Positions 37,482-47,157 of a DNA stretch of 64,000 bases are shown piece after piece. The translations under genes and the position numbers were made by a program. The notes below the pieces were generated by a model. It saw nothing but the letters and a program-made list of their open reading frames with translations. It ran no database searches and had not been told where the DNA came from. Source of the stretch: an uncultured bacterium (GTDB taxonomy: Bacteria; Patescibacteriota; Minisyncoccia; Phycocordibacterales; Phycocordibacteraceae); NCBI GenBank assembly GCA_963759775.1, contig CAVXAH010000001.1:528682-592681 (forward strand), in the 5' to 3' direction. The stretch's first letter is position 1. Each line of letters opens with the position of its first letter.

Positions 37482-39209
37482 ATGCCTCCGCAGACTACTT
37501 CAGCAGCACCTGGTTCGCATTTTTCGTTTGAACGGGGAAGTGCATGGGCGCTCCTCGTCACCCTTATTTTGGGAATGGTGGTTATTATTCCTTCGAGTTC
37601 CGTTCCGTTTCTTTCGACGAAAGTTTTCGTGCTTGCTGGTGGCGCGATTATAACGCTCGCGTTTTACATCCTCGCACGGCTCACGAGGGGCAATTTGATT
37701 GTGCCACCACTTGCGCTCTTCGGAGCACTCTGGCTTCCGGCGCTCGCATACGCTCTCTCAACGCTTTTTTCCGGTGTGAATCCGTCGTCAGCGACATTTG
37801 GTGCCGCACTTGAACCAGACACACTTGGGTTCATGTTGGTTGCGACATTTCTCGGGTCGCTCGCCGCTCTTGTTCTTCGGATGCCGTCTCAGTACAAACT
37901 CTTCTTCAAGACCCTCGCGTACGCTTTCGGCGTCGTCCTCGCAGTACAAATCGTTATCTTGGTGGTAGGGCAATTTGCGCCAAACACCGTCTCACCGGCA
38001 CTCTCCATCGTGGGATCAATGGGAGACCTTGGTATTTTGCTCGGACTCGGAGTGGTGAGCATCATGCTCATGTTTCGGCTCACGGCACTTGCGTCTCGGG
38101 TTCGCACCATCCTTATGGTTTTCGGCGCGCTCTCCCTACTCCTCCTCGCCGTAATCAACTCAACGCTTGTATGGACATTGGTCGCACTCGTCGCACTTGC
38201 TCTATTTGTTGAAGCGGTCATGCGCCGTGCGCCTCATTCTTCTGAAAATGACTTAGAGGGAACCGTTACCCTTGATAGTCATGACACCGAGGATCATGAG
38301 GGCAATCGTCCGCTTGGGGTTCCGCTTGCGGTCCTTGCCGTATCGCTCTTCTTCCTTATTGGAGGAACGTTTGGAAATGCTCTTGCGGCAAAGCTCGGGA
38401 TAAATGTGCTTACCGTTCGTCCGTCTTGGCAGGCAACCCTCGCGGTAGGAAGCGAAGTGTACGGCGAATCTCCAGTCTTTGGCTCGGGTCCAAGCACGTT
38501 TGGAACCAAATGGCTTCAGTTCCGGGATACCTCACTAAACCAGACTATTTTCTGGAATGTCGGCTTTACCTCGGGAGTCGGGTTTGTACCGACGTCCTTT
38601 GTAACGACAGGAATTCTGGGTGCGCTCGCGTGGATTATCTTCTTTGGCGCATTCCTCTACTTCGGTATTCGGACGCTCATTTTCCGAGCAGCCACTGACC
38701 CCGAGACACGCACGGTCGCCATATTCTCGTTCGTTGGCGCATGCTACCTCTTCACCACCGCACTGTTTGATTTGCCGAGCGCAACTCTTCTTGCTCTCGC
38801 ATTCGTACTTGCGGGTGTGTTCACGTCAACCATGCGCTTTGCACAGGGAGGCGGACAATGGGGTATCTCGTTTGCGCGCAATCCTCGTGTTGGGTTCGTG
38901 ATTGTCTTCTCACTCACACTTCTTCTGCTCGCCTCTATAGGAGCGGCGTACGCACTTGTGGGACGCTACATTGCACAGGTTGACCTCGCCCGCGCAGGAG
39001 CTGCAGCTTCGGTGGGAGATCTGACGGGAGCTGAAGCGGCACTCGCACACTCAATCTCTTTTGCCCCTTCAGCCTCTGCATATGGAGCTCAAGCGCAAAT
39101 AGCAGAAGCGCGTCTACGTCAGATTGCCGCCTCAACGACGATTTCTTCAGCTGACGCATCAAGAACGTTCCAGGCGGCGCTCTCGACCGGCATCAATGCC
39201 GCGCTCTGA
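37482..39209 (+). CDS. polytopic membrane protein (O-antigen-ligase-like), N-terminal part of a frame-split gene
   Basis: More than 10 TM segments. It ends at TGA 39207, but the protein clearly continues in the -1 frame. Confidence 0.6.
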   Translation: MPPQTTSAAPGSHFSFERGSAWALLVTLILGMVVIIPSSSVPFLSTKVFVLAGGAIITLAFYILARLTRGNLIVPPLALFGALWLPALAYALSTLFSGVNPSSATFGAALEPDTLGFMLVATFLGSLAALVLRMPSQYKLFFKTLAYAFGVVLAVQIVILVVGQFAPNTVSPALSIVGSMGDLGILLGLGVVSIMLMFRLTALASRVRTILMVFGALSLLLLAVINSTLVWTLVALVALALFVEAVMRRAPHSSENDLEGTVTLDSHDTEDHEGNRPLGVPLAVLAVSLFFLIGGTFGNALAAKLGINVLTVRPSWQATLAVGSEVYGESPVFGSGPSTFGTKWLQFRDTSLNQTIFWNVGFTSGVGFVPTSFVTTGILGALAWIIFFGAFLYFGIRTLIFRAATDPETRTVAIFSFVGACYLFTTALFDLPSATLLALAFVLAGVFTSTMRFAQGGGQWGISFARNPRVGFVIVFSLTLLLLASIGAAYALVGRYIAQVDLARAGAAASVGDLTGAEAALAHSISFAPSASAYGAQAQIAEARLRQIAASTTISSADASRTFQAALSTGINAAL

Positions 39210-39859
39210 CCTCAACTCGTCTCGCTCCCTCTGACTACCAGCATTGGCTCACACTCGGAAATCTCTACGCGGCAGTGGTTCCCTTGAACGTTGAGCAGTC
39301 CTACGAAAATGCAAAAGCGGCATACGAAAAAGCGGCAACACTCAATCCGACAAGCCCGCTCATTCCGTATACGCTTGCACAGCTTGAAATTGCGCACAAA
39401 GACAGTGCGGCGGCGAAGAATTATCTGAAGAGTGCAATCGCGCTTAAGCAGAACTACACGGCAGCTATCTTCCTCCTTTCACAGCTTGAGGTCCGTGACG
39501 GAAACCTTCCGGACGCGCTTGTGGCGGCGGAAGCGGCAGCGTACTTCACTCCAGGCGACCAAAACGTGCTCTTCCAGCTTGGTCTCCTTCGTGCGGCAAG
39601 CAACAATACGGACGGCGCAATAGAGGCACTCTCACGCGCCGTCTCGGTAAATCCACAGTTCGCAAATGCTCGGTATTTCCTCGCCGCAGCATATGCGAAG
39701 AAAGGAAATTATCAGGACGCGCTCATAGAGCTTAATGCCATCGCCGCCTTGTCGACTGAAAACGCCGATGCGGTTGCAAGTGCTATTGCCTCGCTTGAGG
39801 CAGGGAAGAATCCATTCCCGGCAAACCTTCTCTCGGTTTCCTCAACACCAATTCCTTAG
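39155..39859 (+). CDS. TPR-repeat C-terminal part of the same gene (frame-shifted continuation)
   Basis: The frame is open from 39155. ..APSDYQHWLTLGNLYAAV..YENAKAAYEKAATLNP.. and three more TPR-like units follow. The combined length 37482-39859 plus 1 nt is divisible by 3. Confidence 0.6.
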   Translation, partial: RIKNVPGGALDRHQCRALTSTRLAPSDYQHWLTLGNLYAAVVPLNVEQSYENAKAAYEKAATLNPTSPLIPYTLAQLEIAHKDSAAAKNYLKSAIALKQNYTAAIFLLSQLEVRDGNLPDALVAAEAAAYFTPGDQNVLFQLGLLRAASNNTDGAIEALSRAVSVNPQFANARYFLAAAYAKKGNYQDALIELNAIAALSTENADAVASAIASLEAGKNPFPANLLSVSSTPIP

Positions 39860-39870
39860 TGACGTAATTT

Positions 39871-39911
39871 AAAAAGCCGACGCGTCGTGAAAACGACGCG
39901 TCGGCTTTTTT
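39871..39911. terminator. bidirectional intrinsic terminator
   Basis: aaaaagccgacgcgtcg-tgaaaa-cgacgcgtcggcttttt is a 17-bp stem with A and T runs. Confidence 0.8.
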
Positions 39912-39937
39912 CATGCAATCGGGTATCATGGTCCGCA

Positions 39938-41611
39938 ATGGTACACGCCTTTTTTGAACGCATTTCGGCACCAATACGTGGTCTTCACCAGGCCGCGTAC
40001 GTGCTTGCGCTTCTTACGCTCGCATCTTCGGCGCTTGCGCTATTGCGGGACCGCGTGTTCGCACATTCGTTTGGAGCAGGTCATACGCCTGGATCTCTAC
40101 TACGCCGCGTTTCGCATACCAGATCTCGTGTTTGTCCTCATCGCGTCCTCTGGTGAGCGCGTATGTTCTTATTCCACGGATTGCCACTCTAGACAAAGAA
40201 AGCACTCGGAAACTTCTTTCCGAGTCAGCGTCTTTTTTGGTCATCACGGGCGGTGTACTGTGTCTCGCGCTGTACCTCTTTATGCCGTATCTGCTTTCAC
40301 TTTTGTACCCTGCCTTCGCGGGCTTGCCCGAGTACCACTCATTTGTGAGCTTCGGAAGATTACTTCTCCTCCAGCCAATTCTCTTGGGACTCTCGGGTAT
40401 TGCAACCGCGGTTACGCAGGTAGAACGCAAGTTCGTTCTTTTCGCTCTTTCACCGGTGCTCTATAACCTCGGTATAATTCTAGGAACCGTTCTGCTGTAC
40501 CCCGTATTCGGACTAAAGGGAATTGGCATAGGAGTTGTGTGCGGAGCGCTTGTGCATCTTGCCATTCATATTCCGGTTTTGATGAAAGCTTCGGTAATGC
40601 CGTACCTTACATTTCCTACACTCCGAAGCATCGTGCCGGTAATTCGCGACTCCGTACCACGCTCACTTGCGCTTGGCATGAGCGCCATCACCGGACTCGT
40701 TTTAACGGTACTTGCGGCGAAAATAGGGACGGGAAGCATCTCCGTGTTCACGCTTGCAGGAAATCTTGAAGCGGTCCCACTTGCGCTCATTGGTGCCTCG
40801 TACGCAGTTGCCGCATTTCCGGCGCTTTCTGCGGCTTCAAGTGGAGAGAATAAAGTTGAATTCATGCGTATCCTATCGGCTTCCGCACGCCACCTGCTCG
40901 TATGGTCTCTGGTTTCCTTTGGACTTATTGTGGTTTTGCGTGCACATTTGGTACGCGCCATTCTTGGCACCGGCGCGTTTGATTGGGACGCAACCAGGCT
41001 CACTGCCGCCCTGCTCGCTATTTTTGCGGCGGGTCTTGCCGCGCAAGGCCTCGTACTTCTTTTCTCGCGTGCCCTCTACGCCGCACGGGAGTCTTGGCGA
41101 CCATTCCTGTATCAACTACTTGGAGGTGTGGCAACGGTGATACTTACGCTCTTCTTCCTCGCCCTGCCGTCTTCAGGGTTTCCAACCGCGCTCGCAGAAC
41201 TCTTCCGAGTGGGGGATGTGCAGGGTTCCGCAATTCTGCTCATTGCACTTGCAGGAACCATAGGACAATTCTTACTCGCAATCCTTTCGGTTGTCGCCCT
41301 GAGAAATGTTGCCCCAGGCCTTGCCACCGCACTTCTGCGCCCCATGTTTCAAGGTGTAGCAGCCGCCACTATCGGTGGAGTCAGCGCCTACGGCGTGCTC
41401 GCTCTCGGCGCCGATATTGCTCCCCTGACAAACTTCTTTGCCGTTTTCACCGAAGGATTAGCAGCTGGTCTCGTGGGACTTTTCGCGGGAGCGACTCACG
41501 CTTCGCATACTCGGAAGCGAGGAATTAAAAGATATTGTTCGAGCACTAGAGCGTCTTCCTGGTATACGCGCTACACTTTCGCCTTCAGCTGAAGAGCCTG
41601 CCAAACCATGA
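39938..41611 (+). CDS. murJ: lipid II flippase MurJ, reading frame interrupted by three +1 shifts
   Basis: The MurJ N-terminus FGAGH/LDLYYAAFRIPDLVF/..SAYVLIP is spread over three frames. The C-terminus ...LRILGSEELKDIVRALERL...AKP ends in an ATGA overlap with lepA. The 1674-nt length minus 3 is divisible by 3. Confidence 0.75.
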
Positions 41612-43412
41612 ACATCCGAAACTTTTCTATTATTGCGCACATTGACCACGGCAAGAGCACGCTCGCTGACCGTTTGCTTGAGAAAACGGGCACCATTCCG
41701 GATCGCAAGATGCGCGACCAGGTGCTTGACCGTATGGACCTTGAGCGAGAACGCGGGATCACGATTAAAATGCAGCCCGTGCGAATGAATTACCGCGCGG
41801 CGGATGGAGTTTTGTATGTTCTTAATCTGATCGATACGCCCGGACACATTGATTTTTCCTACGAAGTTTCTCGAGCACTCAAAGCAGTGGAAGGAGTGTT
41901 GCTTCTTGTCGACTCCACACAGGGAGTACAGGCGCAGACACTTACGACGCTTGAGGCAGCGAAGGCACAAGGGTGCGTCATCATTCCTATAGTTTCAAAA
42001 ATAGATTCTCCGTACGCGCGGGTTGATGAGGTGAAAGCAGAGCTCGCGAAACTGCTTGCTATATCTCGCGAAGAAGTACTTTCAGTCTCGGGGAAAACGG
42101 GCGAAGGTGTGGAGAAGCTCCTTGCCGAGGTGGTGAAGCGTGTCCCGCCGCCCCAAAACACACTCCCCGAAGCCGTTCTTGGAGAACCACGCGGACTTAT
42201 CTTTGACTTCTCGTACTCAACACATCGAGGTATTGCCGTATACCTGCGCGTATTTGATGGAACCTTTAAAAAAGGTCAGCCGCTTCGCTTTCGTGCGGCG
42301 GGGAAAGAATTCATCGCCCTTGAAACAGGTATATTTATGCCGGACGAAACTCCAGCAGACTCGCTTTCTGCAGGTGAAATTGGCTACATTGTTACGGGCG
42401 TGAAGGAAGCAGGTGTTGTGGCGGTCGGAGACACGGTTGGGACAGGGAAAGGGAGGTTGGAGCGCTCCCCGGTTTTGCGCGCCCTCGTCCTGTGGTGTGG
42501 GCTTCGGTCTATCCCGAGAGCCAAGACGACCTGCCGCTTTTGCGGCAAGCACTCGGGCGTTTGCAGCTTTCCGACTCCTCGCTCTCATTTGAAGAGGAGT
42601 CCTCGGGCGTGCTTGGGCGCGGGTTTCGGTGCGGATTTTTGGGGCTCCTCCATCTTGAGATCATTACTGAGCGTTTGCGAAGAGAATTCAGTCTCACGCT
42701 CATTGTTACTATTCCAACCATTTCGTATACCGTCACGACCAACAACGGCACAAGCGAAGTATTTTATACACCAGCGCGATTTCCCGAGCATGGCGATATT
42801 GCAGAAATCCGGGAGCCGTGGGTAAAAGTGATTATCATCACGCCACCTACCGTGGTGAGCGGACTTATTCAAATCTTGTATGACCACGAAGCTGAGACGA
42901 AAACGACCGAAACGTTTGACGATGGTCGTATTGAAATGACGGTGGAGATGCCGCTCCGTGAACTTATGCGCGGATTTTTTGACAAGCTCAAGAATGTTTC
43001 TTCAGGGTATGCGAGTCTCTCTTACGAATTTCTTGATGAGCGGCCTGCAGACGTTGTGCGGCTTGATGTGCTTGTGGCGGAGGAACCCATCCCTGCTTTT
43101 GCACGGGTTATTGCGCGTCGCAGAATGCAGGAGGAAGCAGAACATATGGTGGAGAAACTGCACGGCATATTACCAAAGCAGTTATTCGTCACGAAAATTC
43201 AGGCACGCGCAGGAGGACGCATCATAGCCTCGCGCTCGCTCTCGGCAATGCGTAAAGATGTGACCGGATATCTTTACGGTGGCGATGTGTCGCGAAAAAT
43301 GAAGCTCCTCCAAAAGCAGAAGCGCGGCAAGAAGAAACTCCTTGAGCATGGCACCGGGAAAGTGCACATTCCGGAGGAGGTATTTATGAAAATGGTCCAG
43401 GACAATAGCTAG
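41608..43412 (+). CDS. lepA: elongation factor 4 (LepA), one frame break near 42445-42465
   Basis: IRNFSIIAHIDHGKSTL...; ...GDTVGTGKG | ALPGFARPRPVVWASVYPE...GFRCGFLGLLHLEII. The two ORFs (41608.. and ..43412) abut in different frames. Confidence 0.85.
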
Positions 43413-43439
43413 AGCTACCACGGGCTATACTGGGAGCAT

Positions 43440-43778
43440 ATGCGCAGACATGAGTGGCGGCAGGGCCTTTGGATCGGGCTTTTACTCGTAGTAGCCGGGT
43501 GGCTCGTGTACCTTATTTGGGGTCTTTCGGGGAAAGTGGCGATTGCGTTAGAGCAAGAGCGGGAAGTGCGAGCGCAATACGCCGCTCTTGAGGAGCGCCG
43601 AAAGGCATTAGAGGTTGACCTGATGGTCCTTGCGACTGAAAGGGGACAGGATGCGGCCATTCGTGAGTCGTTTGGCGTTGCAAAGTCTGGTGAAGAGGTT
43701 ATCGTACTCGTGCCGCCTACAACAGCGACAGCGACGCCGTCCCTGCCGTGGTGGAAACGACTCTTCAGTTGGTTCTAA
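43440..43778 (+). CDS. septum formation initiator (FtsB/DivIC-like)
   Basis: 112 aa with one TM, a coiled coil and ...AIRESFGVAKSGEEVIVL. Confidence 0.65.
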   Translation: MRRHEWRQGLWIGLLLVVAGWLVYLIWGLSGKVAIALEQEREVRAQYAALEERRKALEVDLMVLATERGQDAAIRESFGVAKSGEEVIVLVPPTTATATPSLPWWKRLFSWF

Positions 43779-43783
43779 AAATT

Positions 43784-43854
43784 GCGGGATTGGTTTAGTG
43801 GTAGGACGCGACCTTCCCAAGGTTGAGGCACGAGTTCGATTCTCGTATCCCGCA
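43784..43854 (+). tRNA. tRNA-Gly (anticodon CCC)
   Basis: Acceptor GCGGGAT/ATCCCGC, loop TT-CCC-AA and T-arm CACGA-GTTCGAT-TCTCG region. Confidence 0.85.
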
Positions 43855-43864
43855 CACTCAAGAT

Positions 43865-44458
43865 ATGAACACTCAAACAATTACTACCTATAATAAGATG
43901 GCGCGAGAATATGATCTGGAGACCATGGGTTTCTGGGAAAAGTTCCCAAGAACCTTTCTTGATAGGTTTATTGAGATTTCGGGCAAGAGGATTCTTGATA
44001 TAGGTAGCGGTCCTGGACGAGACGGACTTATCCTCCAAGAAGCTGGTAAGGACATGATCTGTTTAGATGCATCAGCAGAAATGGTTAAATTATCGATCGA
44101 GCGCGGTCTCGAATCGATTGTTGGCGATTTTGATAATCTTCCTTTTCCCAAAGAGTCGTTCGATGCCGTATGGTCATATACAGCCCTTTTGCATACTCCT
44201 AAAGCGTCTATCCAAGCGGCATTGGCTGAAATCAAAAGGGTACTGAAACCCGGCGGAATCTTCGGCCTCGGCCTCATTGAAGGGGATACGGAACAGTATC
44301 GAGAAAGCTTAGGTGTAAATATGCCGCGGTGGTTTAGTTATTACACAAAGGAGGAGATTGAGCGTCTTGCGCTCATACACACCTTTAACCTTGTGTACTT
44401 TGACTCTTTTAAGCCAGGCTCCAAGAACTATCTGAATTTTATCTTCAAGAAGAACTAA
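43865..44458 (+). CDS. class I SAM-dependent methyltransferase
   Basis: ILDIGSGPGRDG motif I and ...LKPGGIF. I chose ATG 43865 because the track start overlaps the tRNA. Confidence 0.75.
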   Translation: MNTQTITTYNKMAREYDLETMGFWEKFPRTFLDRFIEISGKRILDIGSGPGRDGLILQEAGKDMICLDASAEMVKLSIERGLESIVGDFDNLPFPKESFDAVWSYTALLHTPKASIQAALAEIKRVLKPGGIFGLGLIEGDTEQYRESLGVNMPRWFSYYTKEEIERLALIHTFNLVYFDSFKPGSKNYLNFIFKKN

Positions 44459-44523
44459 TGCTCCTGAGGCGGGGAGTTGTGGATAACTCCACGTGATATA
44501 ATTACCGGATATAAAGAAACAAT

Positions 44524-44766
44524 ATGGATAAAAAGATCACCATTTACAGCACGCCGACCTGCCATTTCTGCCACCTGACCAAGGACTTCTTGAAAGAGAA
44601 GGGAATTGGCTTTACGGACTACGACGTGGCGCATGACCTCACGAAGCGTCAGGAAATGATACAGAAGTCGGGTCAGATGGGAGTTCCCGTCATTTTTGTC
44701 GGTGACGAAATGATTATCGGGTTCGACAAGGAAAGGCTCGTTTCCACCCTCGGCATCACGGCGTAG
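44524..44766 (+). CDS. glutaredoxin/NrdH-like redoxin
   Basis: 80 aa with the CHFC active site and GVPVIFVGDEMIIGF. Confidence 0.8.
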   Translation: MDKKITIYSTPTCHFCHLTKDFLKEKGIGFTDYDVAHDLTKRQEMIQKSGQMGVPVIFVGDEMIIGFDKERLVSTLGITA

Positions 44767-44778
44767 GCTTGCAAAAGC

Positions 44779-44810
44779 AAAACCCGCGCCGGGAAGCCGG
44801 CGCGGGTTTT
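44779..44810 (+). terminator. intrinsic terminator
   Basis: aaaacccgcgccgg-gaag-ccggcgcgggtttt. Confidence 0.8.
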
Positions 44811-44829
44811 GTGTTAGTGTCAGGTCATT

Positions 44830-44901
44830 GCCGCTGTAGTTCAATGGATAGAACGGCTCACTCCTAACGAGCAAATGCAGGTTCGATTCCCGCCGGTGGC
44901 A
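44830..44901 (+). tRNA. tRNA-Arg (anticodon CCT), with imperfect stems
   Basis: Acceptor GCCGCTG/CGGTGGC (two G.U) and loop CT-CCT-AA. There is one A-C mismatch in the anticodon stem and one in the T-stem. Confidence 0.65.
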
Positions 44902-44943
44902 CAAAAATCAGATATAAGGCAAGCCCGCAGTCCCGTCCGTGGG

Positions 44944-45058
44944 GCACACTGCGAAGCAGTGTGCGGCCGGAGCGCGACGGCGCGAGGCGGAATCGCGCAC
45001 ATTTTCAACAGAAAATGATGCGTGACAGATGGTGGTTCAATTCCGCCCAGAGGTACCA
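44944..45058 (+). repeat. structured repeat, copy 2, ending in a tRNA-like T-arm/acceptor/CCA
   Basis: H1 is GCACACTGC-gaa-GCAGTGTGC. The core spans 44971-44990. H3 is CATTTTC-aaca-GAAAATG. GGTGG-TTCAATT-CCGCC-CAGAGGT-A-CCA follows at 45031-45058. Confidence 0.65.
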
Positions 45059-45101
45059 AACCAAAGCGATTCATTTCTTGATATACTGAACGTTATAAAT
45101 C

Positions 45102-45383
45102 ATGGACCCGGAACTAAAGCGCCTCCTTGAACAGAATCTCGCATTGGGGAAAGAAAATAACTCTATGCTACGGTCCATGCGCCGAAATGCGCGGTTCGGT
45201 TTCGCTTTTAAGATTATTCTATGGGCAGTACTTCTTCTTGCTCCTCTCTACTTCTACCAAGAGTACCTCGCACCTATTATTGGGCAATTTCAACCCGGCG
45301 GGCAGAGGGGGTCCACGAGCAATTTTGCTTTCCCCTCATACGCAGACTTCCAAAAGTTGCTTGAGGAATACAAATCCCAATAG
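45102..45383 (+). CDS. hypothetical small membrane protein
   Basis: 93 aa with one central TM (FAFKIILWAVLLLAPLYFY). Confidence 0.5.
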   Translation: MDPELKRLLEQNLALGKENNSMLRSMRRNARFGFAFKIILWAVLLLAPLYFYQEYLAPIIGQFQPGGQRGSTSNFAFPSYADFQKLLEEYKSQ

Positions 45384-45445
45384 CGTTTTGTGAGTAGTCT
45401 TGAGGGGGTGAAAGAAAAACCGTTGCGTGATAAAGTGCGAACACT

Positions 45446-45518
45446 GCTTGGATAGCTCAGTTGGTAGAGCATCGCCCTGAAGAGGCGGGGGTCGCCGGTT
45501 CGAGCCCGGCTCCAAGCA
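45446..45518 (+). tRNA. tRNA-Phe (anticodon GAA)
   Basis: GCTTGGATAGCTCAGTTGGTAGAGC..CT-GAA-GA..GCCGGTTCGAGCCCGGCTCCAAGCA. Confidence 0.9.
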
Positions 45519-45524
45519 CCCAGT

Positions 45525-46625
45525 ATGTTTCAGGGCCTCTTTGCATGGATAGGGAAATACGAACGCCATTTATCTGCCGCGGCGATGGTAGGCGGATTCA
45601 TCGTTGATAACATCTTCTTCTCACGCATTGACGCACTCTCTACGCACGTTGTCTTTCTTACATATACACTCGTTTGTTTCATTTCCATCTCGTGGATGCA
45701 TTTTATAGAGGCACGTGCGGAAGAGGGGCGTCCGCCTTCGCGACTACGATCCCTTCTGCCAATCGCGACGCAATTTGCGCTTGGCGGTTTTTGGAGTGGT
45801 CTTCTTATTTTTTACAGCCGAGGTGCGGTGGTTCTTGCGGCGTGGCCATTTCTTCTCCTTCTTGTCGCGGCGTTCGTGGGGAACGAGTTTTTTAGAAAAT
45901 ACCACGGCCGTCTCGTTTTCACGAGCATATTTCTTTTCTTTGCATTGTATTCATACGCAATTTTTGCCGTGCCAGTGATTACCCACTCAATAGGTCTCAC
46001 CACGTTCCTTCTAAGCGGCGCACTTGCCCTTGGCGTTTTCATACTTTTTACGCGTTTCCTGCGGTTTGTTGCCCGCGAGCGGTTCCAGGCTGAGGTATGG
46101 CGCATTCGCTTTGGAGCGGTCCTCGTATTAGTGCTTATTAATGTGTCTTACTTCACCAACCTCTTACCACCTCTGCCGCTTATCCTCCAGTCAGGGGGTA
46201 TGTACCACGGCATGGTGCGAAATGGGGAACTATATACCGCAACCGTTGAACCTCAGTCATGGAGTGTTTCTCTTGGTTTTCCAGCAACTATTCACGTCAT
46301 GCCTGGAGGGACTCTCTATGCCTATAGCGCAGTGTTTGCACCCGTAAAGCTTTCCACGTCCATTGTTCACCGATGGGAACGTCAAGACGAAGATACTAAA
46401 GAATGGACAACGTACTCAGTCGTTTCATTTCCCATACAGGGCGGACGTGAGCGCGGGTATAGAGGATATTCAATAAAAACCAATCTCACGGAGGGAAATT
46501 GGCGGGTTAATGTAGAGACGCCGAGCGGCCAGCTCATCGGACGTCTGCGCTTTCATGTAGAGTTTGTGAGTGTACCACCCGCACTTCATCAGGAAGTGCT
46601 TGATCTCAATCTCCGGGAGTTCTAA
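45525..46625 (+). CDS. DUF2914-type membrane protein
   Basis: Multi-TM N-terminal half. The C-terminal beta-domain reads ...GGRERGYRGYSIKTNLTEGNWRVNVETPSGQLIGRLRF. Confidence 0.65.
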   Translation: MFQGLFAWIGKYERHLSAAAMVGGFIVDNIFFSRIDALSTHVVFLTYTLVCFISISWMHFIEARAEEGRPPSRLRSLLPIATQFALGGFWSGLLIFYSRGAVVLAAWPFLLLLVAAFVGNEFFRKYHGRLVFTSIFLFFALYSYAIFAVPVITHSIGLTTFLLSGALALGVFILFTRFLRFVARERFQAEVWRIRFGAVLVLVLINVSYFTNLLPPLPLILQSGGMYHGMVRNGELYTATVEPQSWSVSLGFPATIHVMPGGTLYAYSAVFAPVKLSTSIVHRWERQDEDTKEWTTYSVVSFPIQGGRERGYRGYSIKTNLTEGNWRVNVETPSGQLIGRLRFHVEFVSVPPALHQEVLDLNLREF

Positions 46626-47134
46626 CCCGCACGCACTTTAAGTTTTGTTTGGCGAGCCTTGTCGAGCTTCGGAAGCACAATAACCAAAAGACCGTCTTTC
46701 GCAGAGGCGGAGGAATTTTCCACATCTACTTCTTCAGGGAGCTGAATAATGCGGGAAAAAGAGCCCCAGAACAGTTCTCGTGAAAAATAATCTACCTCGG
46801 GGATTTGCTCGCGCTCCAAACGCGCGCCGCCAATCTCAACCATGTCGCGACTGATAGAAATAGTAAGCTCATCGGGGCGTACTCCCGCAACAAATGCGCG
46901 AATGACGAACTCGTTTCCGGTTTGATGCAAGTCAATCGGGAGCTGTCCGGTGCCACTTGTGTCTTCGGAGCGAGAAGAGGGCATTGCAGACGACGAGGCA
47001 CCATTTGTTTTTATCTGCTTGAGGGGAGTTGTGGTTGCCACAACCTCGTCTTCAAAATCGTCCACAGAACGATCTACTCGCATGGTTCCAGAAAGTCTCT
47101 CGAAAAAGGAAGGTTTTTTATTCATCATATTCAT
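46622..47134 (-). CDS. Hsp20/alpha-crystallin small heat-shock protein
   Basis: ACD pattern ...PIDLHQTGNEFVIRAFVAGVRPDELTISI...FSRIIQLPEEVD...AKDGLLVIVLPK. Confidence 0.8.
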   Translation of the reverse strand: MNMMNKKPSFFERLSGTMRVDRSVDDFEDEVVATTTPLKQIKTNGASSSAMPSSRSEDTSGTGQLPIDLHQTGNEFVIRAFVAGVRPDELTISISRDMVEIGGARLEREQIPEVDYFSRELFWGSFSRIIQLPEEVDVENSSASAKDGLLVIVLPKLDKARQTKLKVRAG

Positions 47135-47157
47135 ATAAGGATAGTGTAGCGCACTTT

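Noticed and set aside
40566-41528. ORFs 40566-41003 (-), 40754-41140 (+) and 40983-41528 (+)
   Set aside because: They are nested in murJ, have a composition typical of off-frame GC-rich membrane-protein genes, and carry no independent signals.
45020-45058. A split tRNA 3' half (Nanoarchaeum-style trans-spliced tRNA)
   Set aside because: The 39-nt piece has the right layout, but no complementary 5' half (acceptor [AG][CT][CT]T[CT]TG plus D-arm plus TCACG) exists in this window. I therefore keep it only as an untested idea within the finding.
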